A DNA stretch of 64,000 nt, taken from assembly GCA_977017575.1 (NCBI GenBank), contig CDRNVI010000143.1:375003-439002 (forward strand), written 5' to 3'. A program made the position numbers and the translations under genes. This document shows positions 37,101 through 46,559 of the stretch, piece after piece. The stretch comes from Paramoeba atlantica (lineage: Eukaryota; Protista; Discosea). A model generated the notes under the pieces. It worked only from the letters and a program-made list of their open reading frames with translations, searched no databases and was not told where the DNA came from. Numbering within the stretch: the stretch's first letter is position 1; each line of letters starts with the position of its first letter.

Positions 37101-40100
37101 CAACATCTTGTTGTCGGATCGGAATTGACCAAAAGGCGTCCGTCAGATCAATTGATGAGAAATATGAGGAATTGCCAAGGGCTCCAAGAATTGTATCCAT
37201 TCTTGGAAGAGGATATGCATCCTTCTTTGTGACATTATTAAGACGACGAAAATCAACACAAAATCGGATTTTGCCATTCTTTTTGTCTGCCAATAGAATT
37301 GGTGAAGCCCATGGTGAGGTTGAAGGTTGAATTACTTTTCTTTTCACCATTTTATCAATATGTTTCCAAATAATGTAATCTTCAGCAGGAGTTGTTTTTC
37401 GAGGAACTGTGCGAACTGGTTTAGCAGTTGCATCAGTTTCGATCTTATGCTCCGTTGCTGTTGTTCGGGTCAATGGACCTTCTCTTTTTTGTTCATCCCA
37501 AAGGTCTTTAAATTCAGTTAGCAGTTCTGCTAATTTAATTTGTTGTTGAGAATTCAAGTTTGTAGCATTGATTTGAAATGTCTCATATGCTTCTTTTAAT
37601 TCAGATTTCATTTGATTTTCTTCACCAAAATCCGGTGGTTCATTTTCTGGATTTGCAAGGAGAGCAAAAACTTGATTTATCTTTGATTCGTCAAAAGCAT
37701 CTGTTTCCATTGTTGGATTTATTTTGGGTTGTTTTTGACTTTGAATCGGGGAGATTTCTTCTGCAAAATTTTCTGAAAATTTGCGTTTTCGTCCCTCTTT
37801 AAGAAACAACATCTTATTTTCTTTAGCAACCCAAGCGTCAAGCCAAGGGCTGTTGAGAGCTTTAAAATAGTTTGCTCCCACTTTTGAATTAAATGGTTTC
37901 TTTTCTTTTGATTTTTGATCTTGTTCTTTTGTATTCACCTTTTTTACAGGTTGAATATCTTGAAGATCAAGGAGCGAACGATTTGATATTTGAAGAAGTT
38001 CTGTTTGTTCAACATCATCATCGTTAATCTCATGTATGGAACCAAGTTCCCATCCTTTTTTAAGTTTTACATATTTGTTTGTTGGATTAATTACCAATAT
38101 GTTTGATTGATAGATGTTTTTCTTTCTTCCAGGTCTTTCTTTTTGGGTAATTGAGATAAGACCTTGTGGAGCAATTAATTTGCCTTTTCCACTATCTCTT
38201 GGAAAGAAGAAACATTCCGGTGATGAGACTTGTCCTTTTGCTGTGAGTGGCACTATCACAGCCGATCTTGGGGGAATGCCACTGGTTACTGCCGTTGTGA
38301 CCAGGGTCTTACTTCTCCGGTTCCTTCTGTCATCAAGAAGTTCCAAGTCCGGACTAAGTTCATTCATTTGAAGATTATTTTCTTTTGGCTTTGCCTGAAC
38401 AAGCTTTTTTTCTTGCCACAGAATATAATCGCCATCCGTTCCAAGTTTTAGTCTTTTCATAGCTGGCCAGCCTATCAAAGTTTGGACAGGAAGGTGGTCG
38501 AATATGAAGAACCATAAATTGGCTTCAAAATGTGAGAATTTTACTCTCAGTAAAACTTCTTCATTTACAACAACTTTGGAAGAATTTCCAACTGTGACTT
38601 TTAAAGTATGGATTTTTCTTCTTCTTAATATTTGAATACCAGGTCTTTTTAATTGTTGTAAACTGATTGCATTAATTCCAGATCCTGTGTCGAGGCATGT
38701 TGTTGAATTTAGATTGCCTATTTTCGACTCAAATTCCAGAGGTCCCCCGACATCACGGCTTTCTTCTCCTTTTTGTTCAATTTGACTTAAGGAGAGGATG
38801 CGGATGGGTTCTGAATTGGTTAATTCTGGAGAATTAATTGCCATTTTGTAATGTTCGGTTGGGATATCATGGACATCCATAAATTGTCTATTTTCTTTCT
38901 CTTGTGTATTTTCTTTCTCTTGTGGAGAAGGATTTTTACTTGAATTTTTACAAGAAAGATCAGAATACGGTGTATCATGATTTATTGGAGTTTGTTGAGT
39001 TTGACCACTACTTTGTATGAAGAGACTTTTCAATTCATTGAATTGTTGGTTCATCTTTTCATCCATTTTGTGGGCAAATTCTTCAAATTCTTGTTTTCTT
39101 TTTTTATGTGGGTCTTGGTCTCTATTTGAACCTTGACCTTGTTGTTTTTGTTGTCCTCTTGGACCTTGATCTTTCAACCCTCTTTTCCTTTTTCTGGTTA
39201 CTTTGCAGCGTTGCGTAATGTGGGTGTCTTGATTACCACAATGGCGGCAATATTTCAACCCTTTTTGCATCGCTTCTTTCACCAAAGGACAATTTTTGGG
39301 TACATGACCAAAGTCTTCACAGGCTCGGCATTGCAACTCCCGTGCCCTCTTTCTCGCCTCTTTCAGCTCTTGTCCATTAGGGTTCAAGGCTAATGAAAGG
39401 GAGTTTCGGGTCTTATCAGCGAGTTGTTTTGTTGGGTAGTCCTTTTGGTACTGGACAGTCAGAGCAATAGAAAGCATGTCGCCTCCTTTAGCTGTAGCTT
39501 TCGCTCCCTCCCATGCCCGATGGTACGAAGAATCTTGTACTCGGGCTTCGAAAATGTCTCTAACTTCTTCGAGTTGGGTGTCCTCACTCCCCTTTTCCTT
39601 GACAGCAATGTTCAAGAACTTCATTGTATGAGTCATGAAGTCCTCAGAGATATCGAACTTGTACGAGTAAAGAGCACTTGTATCAGTATCAAGGGGTTTG
39701 TAAACGTGACTTGAAGCCATACAGAGATCAAAAACCAACTTCTGGAAGGTTTGAGGATGACCGATGATGTCAAGTCCGAATGCTATCAACTTGGGTCGTG
39801 CGAGGGTTACAGCGAGTTCATTATTTGGCCACCCATTGGTTTTCCAAACTTGATAAAGAGCATCAAGCTTTTCTGTTTTGGTTAGATTCTTTGAGAGGCC
39901 ATCGATCGCTCTTTCGATTGATTGTTGGAGAGCTTTGTCAGCCACAAAGGATTTCTCGTCCGGTATCGGTACCAAAGCATCCTTTCCCAAACGATGGTTT
40001 TGCGTTGTTGAAGATGAAGAGATACTTTGATCGAGTTCTTGGATCAGAGTTCGTCTCGCACCCACATTTGAAGCAGCAACCACGACTTTGGGCAGGGGAA

Positions 40101-40371
40101 TCAATTCAACTTTGCCTTTGTCATTGACCTTTTGCTGGTAAAGGGTGCCATTTATGACTACTAGTTGCATTTCCGAGGAATCGGGAAGACCAGAAGGATC
40201 AGAATGAAGGGGAGAGGGGGTACTAGAATCAAGAGGGGAATCACTTTCAGCGCTGGGAGTTTCGCCAAGAGAAGGAGGACTGAGCTTGGGCGTTCCAGGA
40301 TGTTTCTTAGGCGACTTTTTCGTCTTACCAGGGGTCTCTCCTTCTTGTTTCTTATCTTTATCCTTTCCCAT
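34132..40371 (-). CDS. Gag-Pol polyprotein, 2079 aa, single frame
   Basis: ATG at 40371 (MGKDKDK); two CCHC knuckles (CRACEDFGHVPKNC, CRHCGNQDTHITQRC); protease LDTGSG; RT LPRMD and YVDD; RNase H VDASSRGLGA; integrase HH-CC and D-D-E (HLDCT, TDNGPEF, GRVE); chromodomain FEIEKIL...YKIQFKGF...EW. The stop codon lies inside the 3' LTR. Confidence 0.97.
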   Translation of the reverse strand: MGKDKDKKQEGETPGKTKKSPKKHPGTPKLSPPSLGETPSAESDSPLDSSTPSPLHSDPSGLPDSSEMQLVVINGTLYQQKVNDKGKVELIPLPKVVVAASNVGARRTLIQELDQSISSSSTTQNHRLGKDALVPIPDEKSFVADKALQQSIERAIDGLSKNLTKTEKLDALYQVWKTNGWPNNELAVTLARPKLIAFGLDIIGHPQTFQKLVFDLCMASSHVYKPLDTDTSALYSYKFDISEDFMTHTMKFLNIAVKEKGSEDTQLEEVRDIFEARVQDSSYHRAWEGAKATAKGGDMLSIALTVQYQKDYPTKQLADKTRNSLSLALNPNGQELKEARKRARELQCRACEDFGHVPKNCPLVKEAMQKGLKYCRHCGNQDTHITQRCKVTRKRKRGLKDQGPRGQQKQQGQGSNRDQDPHKKRKQEFEEFAHKMDEKMNQQFNELKSLFIQSSGQTQQTPINHDTPYSDLSCKNSSKNPSPQEKENTQEKENRQFMDVHDIPTEHYKMAINSPELTNSEPIRILSLSQIEQKGEESRDVGGPLEFESKIGNLNSTTCLDTGSGINAISLQQLKRPGIQILRRRKIHTLKVTVGNSSKVVVNEEVLLRVKFSHFEANLWFFIFDHLPVQTLIGWPAMKRLKLGTDGDYILWQEKKLVQAKPKENNLQMNELSPDLELLDDRRNRRSKTLVTTAVTSGIPPRSAVIVPLTAKGQVSSPECFFFPRDSGKGKLIAPQGLISITQKERPGRKKNIYQSNILVINPTNKYVKLKKGWELGSIHEINDDDVEQTELLQISNRSLLDLQDIQPVKKVNTKEQDQKSKEKKPFNSKVGANYFKALNSPWLDAWVAKENKMLFLKEGRKRKFSENFAEEISPIQSQKQPKINPTMETDAFDESKINQVFALLANPENEPPDFGEENQMKSELKEAYETFQINATNLNSQQQIKLAELLTEFKDLWDEQKREGPLTRTTATEHKIETDATAKPVRTVPRKTTPAEDYIIWKHIDKMVKRKVIQPSTSPWASPILLADKKNGKIRFCVDFRRLNNVTKKDAYPLPRMDTILGALGNSSYFSSIDLTDAFWSIPIRQQDVEKTAFTSKYGLWEFLSMPFGLCNAPATQQRYIEAVLNGLIWRCCFAYVDDIICFSNSFEKHLEDLRDILGRLKEHNLILQPLKCSFCKPTFEILGFVATKDGLSPNPKKVEAIQNYPLPKSPKEVEIFIGMVTWLKRFIPNLSKLTFHLRKAKTLKESRFFLSEKAEEEFQILKDILKKETCVAHPDLSKRFFIHVDASSRGLGAILTQLDDKGYHRVIEYASKALTPTQQKYTNPVREGLGIIWALKNFKYYVHGREPIVVCDCQALRSVFSRTGTKIPEHAMLRDWVARTLEYNPLVIHKPGKLMAIPDALSRHFVGYKDNKDEKKDYMTNCFEKIIDLALDETSKSRAMSRQKDILEKIEAIDSSPDQTFDLPEVRTLWQKGEELSQGEDTIEVDGDTIDRLLVPLPFLARAQRYDKFCSKIINYLYGILPKRRSELRMLQRQAFKYWIDANGILRKIDESAPAETGPPAVLPRALWDDVLKAYHDSLVSGHRKYERLYQAIAASYYFPGMSLYIKGYCHRCLNCAINSKGKTLTSELNPYMASYPGVTVHLDCTKGPKTSARGNTHLLAIVDNFSGYLRLYPIPQPTAKDAAGALLQYICVNSMPLKIVTDNGPEFANELFTELSNLMGLKQTTISPYNSKSNGRVEWTHKVTKSILRAYVDKFRDDWDLLVPLVEFAFNTSRSSSTTYTPFQVHFGRPPIMPLDMMYGSVYRPYVTRDEYVSKLQTDRDRVIEWVRAERLRVAESQSELYNRTHKSRIAQLKIGDHVLLRKFGTTTDEADLGKKYRALFHRKVYMVVGDYENGSYTLQDLSRKDPPFKANISIIKKLQFRHEINLDPGSNEIGLEDSSGPENVSFDDHGYDFEIEKILNHAVRNGELFYKIQFKGFRKTSAEWCRASDVDAEELLDDYHLHNPINFDILGADREESRVASPTTVPTGQPANESTPSSPPSSSEISEEPRFSSRGRMQRRNRRLLDKDIYAFLIY

Positions 40372-40384
40372 TGGAGCCTCCAAA

Positions 40385-40575
40385 TGTAAAATGATAGTTT
40401 TTACAGTGAATAATAAAAGCAATCAAAATGTTGTTGTGCAATTTGAGAATTTGAAAAGTGAACGTTGGACCGTTTCAGAATTTGGCGGTTCCACGTCAGC
40501 ACTCATTCTCCTTTATTTAGTAAATCAAAAAGGCATAGATGTCTTTATCAAGGAGTCGTCGATTTCTCCGTTGCA
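40385..40575 (-). repeat. 5' LTR of the intact Gypsy
   Basis: Identical by eye to 34000-34190. Confidence 0.97.
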
Positions 40576-40579
40576 AACT

Positions 40580-41100
40580 TTGACACATGAGAATGTGATT
40601 TTCCACAAAAAAGAGGGTTCAGTGGAGGGTGGTCATTCAAAGATGTGTGCGAAATCAAGAAATTTGAGAACAACCTGAGTTGTTGTCCCTGCAGTCGGTC
40701 TCTTTAACACAGCAGTCCAACTTGAGAAGCACTTGACCCTGGTGCTGAATCAACCTCGCCTCTGGTGTGGACTTTGCAGAATGGTTGTTTTGTGGCCCAG
40801 CACCTTGGAAAGAACCAAATCAGTACAATTGCCAAAAAAATTGCTGTGTTTCTTGATTGTGATCCATCTGACTATGCCTCACACTCCTTTTGAAGGAGAG
40901 CTGCTGCCACAGCCATTGTTGAGAATGGGGGGACAACTGACCATTTGTGTCAGGTGTGTGGAGTAGCCATCATGTTGCACAGGGCTATATACAAGACTCC
41001 AGCCAGGCAGCACAACCTGATTGCTGGAAGCTCAAGTTCCTCATCTTCAAGTTCCTCACATCTTTCAAGTGGGTATCAATGTCACAATTAACATGCCCCC
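40580..41100 (+). pseudogene. Crypton-like tyrosine recombinase remnant, catalytic C-terminal half
   Basis: FVAQHLGKNQISTIAKKIAVFLDCDPSDYASHSF*RRAATAIVENGG; the H-x-x-R Arg codon is TGA at 40891-40893. Confidence 0.75.
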
Positions 41101-41112
41101 ATTTCCCCAAGG

Positions 41113-41320
41113 CGTTAAAGTCTCGTGTAGCCAAAGGTAAGAGAATAAAGAACAAATCAAATTGGATTTGGAAAATGTTTTAATGAATGAAATCAAAATG
41201 AAAAGTGTTTTGTAATTCTTGGAAAATGAAATTTCCATTCTCTGGAAAATAAATTGTTTTCGCTGAACCAATCATTTTGTCGTGATCAATTCAGGAATAA
41301 GAAATCGGTCGGCAGATTTC
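41113..41320. repeat. Second copy of the ~200 bp dispersed repeat, followed by (CAAGGAGTTCCC)x3
   Basis: Matches 29634-29824. Confidence 0.85.
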
Positions 41321-41477
41321 AACGCAAGGAGTTCCCCAAGGAGTTCCCCAAGGAGTTCCCTGGGAGAAGAGATTAAATTGCAGGTGGATTAAATTTTAAT
41401 CACCCAGCAAAGGCAATAAATTCCTGATAATCTTCAAAAATCAGATTATTTTTTTTATCTCAAGGTAACAAAAGGGA

Positions 41478-42515
41478 GAGGAGAGAGGAAAACAAAAAAA
41501 AAACCGAGACAGAAAAAGACGAAAAGAGGAGCTTTTCCACTTTTCCACACCCCGAAAAATTAAGGTTCTAAATCACAAACCTCAAAAATCGCTTTTTTTT
41601 GTTTTTCGGTTTTCGTTTTGGGGCACAAGAGGAAAGAGAAAGAGAGAGAGGGAAGAAAGAGAGAAGAGAGAAAGAGAGAAAGAGGAGAGAAATAGAGAAA
41701 GGGAAAGAGGGAAAGAGGAAAGAAAGAGAAAGAGAAAGGAAGAGAGAGAAAGAGAGAAAGAGAGAAAGAGGAGGGAAAGAGGGAAAGAGGGAAAGGAAAG
41801 AGAGAAAGAGAAAGAGAAAGGGAAAGAGGAGAAAGAGCGAAGAGAAAGAGAAAGAGGAGAGAAATAGAGAAAGGGAAAGAGGGAAAGAGGAAAGAAAGAG
41901 AAAGAGAAAGGAAAAGAGAGAAGAGAGAGAAAGAGAGAAAGAGAAAGAAAGAGGGAAAGGGAAAGAGGAGAAAGAGCAAAGAGAAAGAGACTTTGTGGAA
42001 CCACTTTGTGTTTTTTTTTGGTTGTTGTTGAAATTAAGAAGGGTCTTTTCCTTTGGTTTTTTTTCCTTTTTCTGTTCTTTTCTGTTCCTTTTTTTCTTGT
42101 TTTTTCTTTTCTTTTCTTTTCTTGTGGATTCCCTTTTTGTATTTTACCATATATAAAAATATATATATTTCGAGATGAACTCCTCTCAAATCAAGAGGGT
42201 ATTTTAGTTTCAGTCCAAAAAATAAAACAGACAAAAAAGGGTTTATTTTTATCCTTTTTCTCATCAGAGATTTACCAGCAGTTGAGCAGTTGGCAGGCAG
42301 GGAACATTGACTTGAGTTGAGGAGAGGAGAGGGGGAAGATTCGTTAAAGGCAAGATGATGTTGAGTTTAATAAAAGCATATTTTTTTTCGAATTGGTCAG
42401 AAAAAATAAAATATTTTTTTTCCTGTTATTTGCCTCTTTTCACATCCTACTTTTTTTCAACAATCAGTTTTATTTTGGAGGAGATCATCAAACACACCCC
42501 CACAAAACAGTTTTC
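41478..42515. repeat. ~1 kb dispersed block, copy 2
   Basis: Colinear with 11950-12950. Confidence 0.85.
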
Positions 42516-43016
42516 TTGATTTTTCCAGTTTTTAGAGTTCTGAGCCAATTGGGAACCTTGAATTCTGACCAAATCCTCACATGTACAACTTCCTTCTGCT
42601 GTGTCCTTGCTTCAAAAGTTCTTGCCCATTCAGGTTCAAAAGGGCAAAAGAACTGAGAAGCGCTTCTTGGGGGAGGGGGGGGTTTGAACACATTTATCTC
42701 CATTTTACTGAGGTTCTTTGTTTAACAGAAGGAGTTGTGAAAAGAGTCATCAAGTTGATCTTTTGGACAAAGAAAGTGCACTCTGCCAGAATTTGCTCCC
42801 ATTGAGAGTGTCTGACAAAGCGCCCTAAAACGCAATAATCTAGCTCTTGAAAATTGCGGTGTCGCAATTTTGCGTTGCGGGTGGACAAACGCATTTTTTT
42901 TCTTTGGTGGAAGAAAAAGTTGGAAATGCAATGAAATGGAGAAAATGGCAGATTTATTGATCTTTCTCAAATAAATTCCTGCATCTCTTCAAGAAATTTA
43001 TCAATCTTTTGAGAAT

Positions 43017-44362
43017 TCAATGCAGAACAAACAGGAGCAAGAAGAGGTGTGTGTGACCTTCTTGGGGAGAAGGAGAGTCAAGCAACAACGATTGCCGGAC
43101 AGGTCGACATAGAAGGCGAGCAGCCACAATTTCATAAATGACCAACAAACTCATCAATTGAAGTCCTGGAGATTCTCCAAAAGGTTTGGTTGATGCTTGC
43201 CAATTATGAACAAGTCCATAAACAATTTCAACTATTCCTCTCAAAAACTGTTGGGTTGGAACTTCAGAAGACGGAACGTCATTTTGGGTAATCACAAGCC
43301 CATGGTGATAGCCACCATCCCCAATAAGAAACTTCATTTCCTGCTCAATTTGTCGTGCCATTCCTGTCATATTGAAAGTACCTGTGTTGGGAGTTGAGTA
43401 CAAGGAGAGAGAAAAAAAGGGGAAATCAGTCATGATCGTGAGGTGATTGGGTGAGAAATGAAAAAAAAAAAAAAAAGAAAGAAAAAGGGATAAACCTTGA
43501 TCATTGTTGTGACCCCTCACAAAACCAACAGAAGCAATGCGTGAGCCAGCCAAGCCAACAACCATTTGAGATTGCATAAAACAACAATGTTTATCACCAT
43601 GATACCACCAAGCATGACCAGGATGAATTCTCCGTCGATTATGAGCAGAGCAATCAATCACAAGATTTGCATTCCTCCAACAGACTGTTTCAGGATAGTC
43701 AAGCCTTGGCTCCCAGGAAATAGAAGAATTCTTCATGGCAAAAGTTGCAAGAATTGGAATGACATGTTTGCGGTCATTTTGGATTGTTTTTTGATTCGCC
43801 TGAAAAAGACCTCCTGCATTTGCCCTAGATGTATGATAACGGAGAAAATTGAACTGAGCCAAAAGACGAACAGGGGTGGTCATCACTGTGTTTGGAGCAG
43901 TCCTTTTTTTGGGAGGATTTCTGGCCAGAAGTGATTGTTTTCGACGGCGAGGGCTTTCAATTGCTTTCTCAGTTCCTTTATAAAACCTCCAAAACTCTTC
44001 AAGAGTCAAACCAGACAAAGACTCAATGGTTTTTGTGCCATCAGCAAGGAGCAACTCCAGCGTCACCTTTCTTCGTTGTTGGGGAGGTCGAAACTTCAGT
44101 TCTTTGCTTTCTTTCTATGACAAAAAAAAAGAAAGAAAAAAAAGAATAAGAAAAAAGAACAAAAAGAACAAAAAGAACAAAAAAAGAGAACTGTTTCTTC
44201 TTCTTTTCTCTCTGTGTAGCCATTCCGTTCGAGACGCTGGATTGAGTGTTGGAAGAAAAGTTGTGTTCTGTTCAAGGCTAAAGTCTCCATTTCAATTGCT
44301 TCACCAAGAACACACCGCAAAAGAGCCTGACGGAAGCGCCTTCTCCTTCTTCGGCCCTCCAT
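43017..44362 (-). CDS. PIF/Harbinger (IS5-like) DDE transposase, about 384 aa, 3 exons
   Basis: Exons 44362-44192, 44114-43496, 43381-43017 with GT-AG introns in phase; HTH-like RLLAQFNFLR; VIDCS, GHNNDQG, IGDGGY, RGIVEIVYG. Start and 3' end less certain. Confidence 0.82.
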
Positions 44363-44556
44363 CGCTTCCTCAAAACAAACGGAAACAACATCGAAATTTC
44401 CTTTTGTGAAAAAGGGCCACTTGACAATCAGATCAAAAAGGGAATAGGTCTTTTTATTTTGAATTTAGCGATTAGGAAAAGATAAAAAATCCCAATCCCT
44501 TGCAATGTCTGAACCCTCATTTTTCTTCTTTTTTTTTTTTTTTTCGAAAGCGAAAA

Positions 44557-45456
44557 ATGGTCTTGCCGCCGTTGCCCCCGAATCACCCAAATCTTGGTCC
44601 TCTCCTTGAGGATTATTCTAACCTGACACATGTTGAACCAAATGTTGAAAGTAAAGATTTAGATTTTATTTGTCAGTTTCCTGATTGCAAATATCAAATC
44701 TACGGGCCATGTCTTTGTTCCCGGAAGTTTTGCTCACTCCATTCCATTGATAAAAGCGTATTATCCAAATGTCCTCATCCCCCATATTCTCCTCCTCACT
44801 CAATGCAAACACGCCAACGCACTTCCTCCACACCAAGCACCAAAAAAACCAGTTCTCCCACAACTCCAACCGCCGGAAAAAGAAAAAAACAATCTTCCTC
44901 TTCCTCTTCCTCTTCCTCTTCTTCTTCCTCTTCTTCTTCCTCTTCTTCTTCCTCTTCCTCTTCCTCTTCCTCTCCTCCTCCTGCTCCCAAAAAAAGAAGG
45001 ACAACAAACCGACAGTATTCTCTTGCAGAAGATCATGCCATCATGAAGGGATTGAAGACATGTGGATCGAACTATCAGAAGTTGATTGAAGGCATCCAGA
45101 AAGACAAAAAATTGTTACTTTTGCTAAATCCAGCAAATGGTCTTGATGTGGAGGCTGTGGGGAATCGGGTTCAATCAACACTCAAAGTGGCCCACAAGAA
45201 AGGAAAATATTCAAAGGAGTACAAGTCAACAACTCCTTGGCCAGAGACAAAGAATCTGAGTGACAAAGACTCAACCAATGTTCTGGAAGCACATGCGCAA
45301 TCTGAAAGGAAGAATCGTGCTTTATGGAATGAGATTAAGGAGATGGCTGCAGAGTATTGTGGTGAAGATGTAATCTTGAAGCCTGGAACCTCAGTTGATA
45401 GTCTTGAAGACCTGAGGAGGTGGAACAAACTTTGTGAAGTGAGGTTTAACAAATGA
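44557..45456 (+). CDS. Myb/SANT-like protein, 299 aa, divergent partner of the Harbinger transposase
   Basis: Cys/His finger CQFPDC...CLCSRKFCSLH...CPH, poly-Ser tract, NLS-like PKKRR, Myb-like YSLAEDHAIMKGLKTCGSNYQKLI. Confidence 0.65.
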   Translation: MVLPPLPPNHPNLGPLLEDYSNLTHVEPNVESKDLDFICQFPDCKYQIYGPCLCSRKFCSLHSIDKSVLSKCPHPPYSPPHSMQTRQRTSSTPSTKKTSSPTTPTAGKRKKQSSSSSSSSSSSSSSSSSSSSSSSSSSSPPPAPKKRRTTNRQYSLAEDHAIMKGLKTCGSNYQKLIEGIQKDKKLLLLLNPANGLDVEAVGNRVQSTLKVAHKKGKYSKEYKSTTPWPETKNLSDKDSTNVLEAHAQSERKNRALWNEIKEMAAEYCGEDVILKPGTSVDSLEDLRRWNKLCEVRFNK

Positions 45457-46330
45457 AGAGGCCTTTTCAAAATTGTCAAAAGTGTACAAAGCTAAGCCAA
45501 CAGCCATCACCATGGCTTACTCTTGAAAGAAGCCAAAGTCTACAGTCCATGGGAATTCCCTCTTATCTGAGGATGAAGACAAAGCACTTCTGGACATTAT
45601 TCTTGTGATGGTGAATGTACAAAAGCCATGGTCGATTATGGAGACCAAAAGTGCTGCTGAATTGATGTTCAGAAAGTCGATCTCAAAAAGCACAATTCAG
45701 AGGGTTCTTTATGAAACACAAGGAGCACTTGAGTCTTGGGCATCTGTCTCTCTTTCGAAATGACTGAGCCAACCTGAACATCTACAAGGAAGTCATGGAA
45801 TTTATTGAGAAAATAGGCAACTTTTTGGAGTCGAAAATAGTCCTTCCCAAAATGTTTGTGAACTATGACAAGAGTGTTGTGTTTTCCTCACTCTTGAGGG
45901 TAAATTACAAATCAAGCGACTGGCTTGAAAGGACCAATCAAAGCTCCAAAATCGATCAAAGGTGCAAGGGACACACTGTGGGACATTCCTACCTTTTGTC
46001 ACTGCGGATGGGACAATCCTGGCACTCTATTTTATCATTGCCACGAAATTCGATGAGGAGGACACCTGGGACAGCGAAGTTGACACTCCCAAAAGTGGCC
46101 TGACGAACTCGAGCGGCAATTTTACCCTGAATTTTTTTTTTTACAACCAAGGGCTACCTAAATGATATTATATTTGCCAAATATTAAAGAAGTTTTGTGA
46201 TCTGTGGGCCCTTCAATACCCTGGTCTCCATTGTTATGTCTTGCTGCTCATTATTGGAGTTTAATTCCCAATACCTCCCATATCTCTCTGGCTTGCACCC
46301 CTCAAAAAATTTGTTCATACCCCGAATGGT
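45440..46330 (+). pseudogene. pogo/Tc5-like transposase remnant
   Basis: LLSEDEDKALLDIILVM..AAELMF (CENP-B-type HTH), MFVNYDKS (degenerate N.DET), GTFLPFVTADG; stops and frameshifts. Confidence 0.6.
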
Positions 46331-46559
46331 TGGATGTTTGTTTGTTTCCACAGCAGTCACAAAATAAAGAAACAAGAAAAAAAAAGTTTATGTGGTTTTT
46401 CATCAATATTTATTGATGTCAAAAAAAAAAAGAAAAGGGAGAGTTTTCACTCAAATAGTTTTGCTACAACTGATTCTCGAAAATTTGTCAGTTGCATTCA
46501 AACAGATTCATTGTGCAATGTGTGTGGGCATTGATGAGGGCGGCACAATCCATCAATGA

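Larger units (their letters stand above)
34000..40575 (-). mobile_element. Intact chromodomain-bearing Ty3/Gypsy LTR retrotransposon, 6576 bp
   Basis: Two identical 191 bp TG...CA LTRs, 4 bp TSD AACT (33996-33999, 40576-40579), short PPT GTGGGAGGA, one long ORF. Confidence 0.98.

Noticed and set aside
40372-40422. Supplied ORF start at 40422 for Gag-Pol
   Set aside because: It lies in the LTR/PBS; the first ATG downstream of the LTR is at 40371.
42800-46500. TIR pair for the Harbinger element (CTGACAAA at ~42813 and TTTGTCAG at ~46482)
   Set aside because: Only 8 bp match, with no extension and no convincing TSD.
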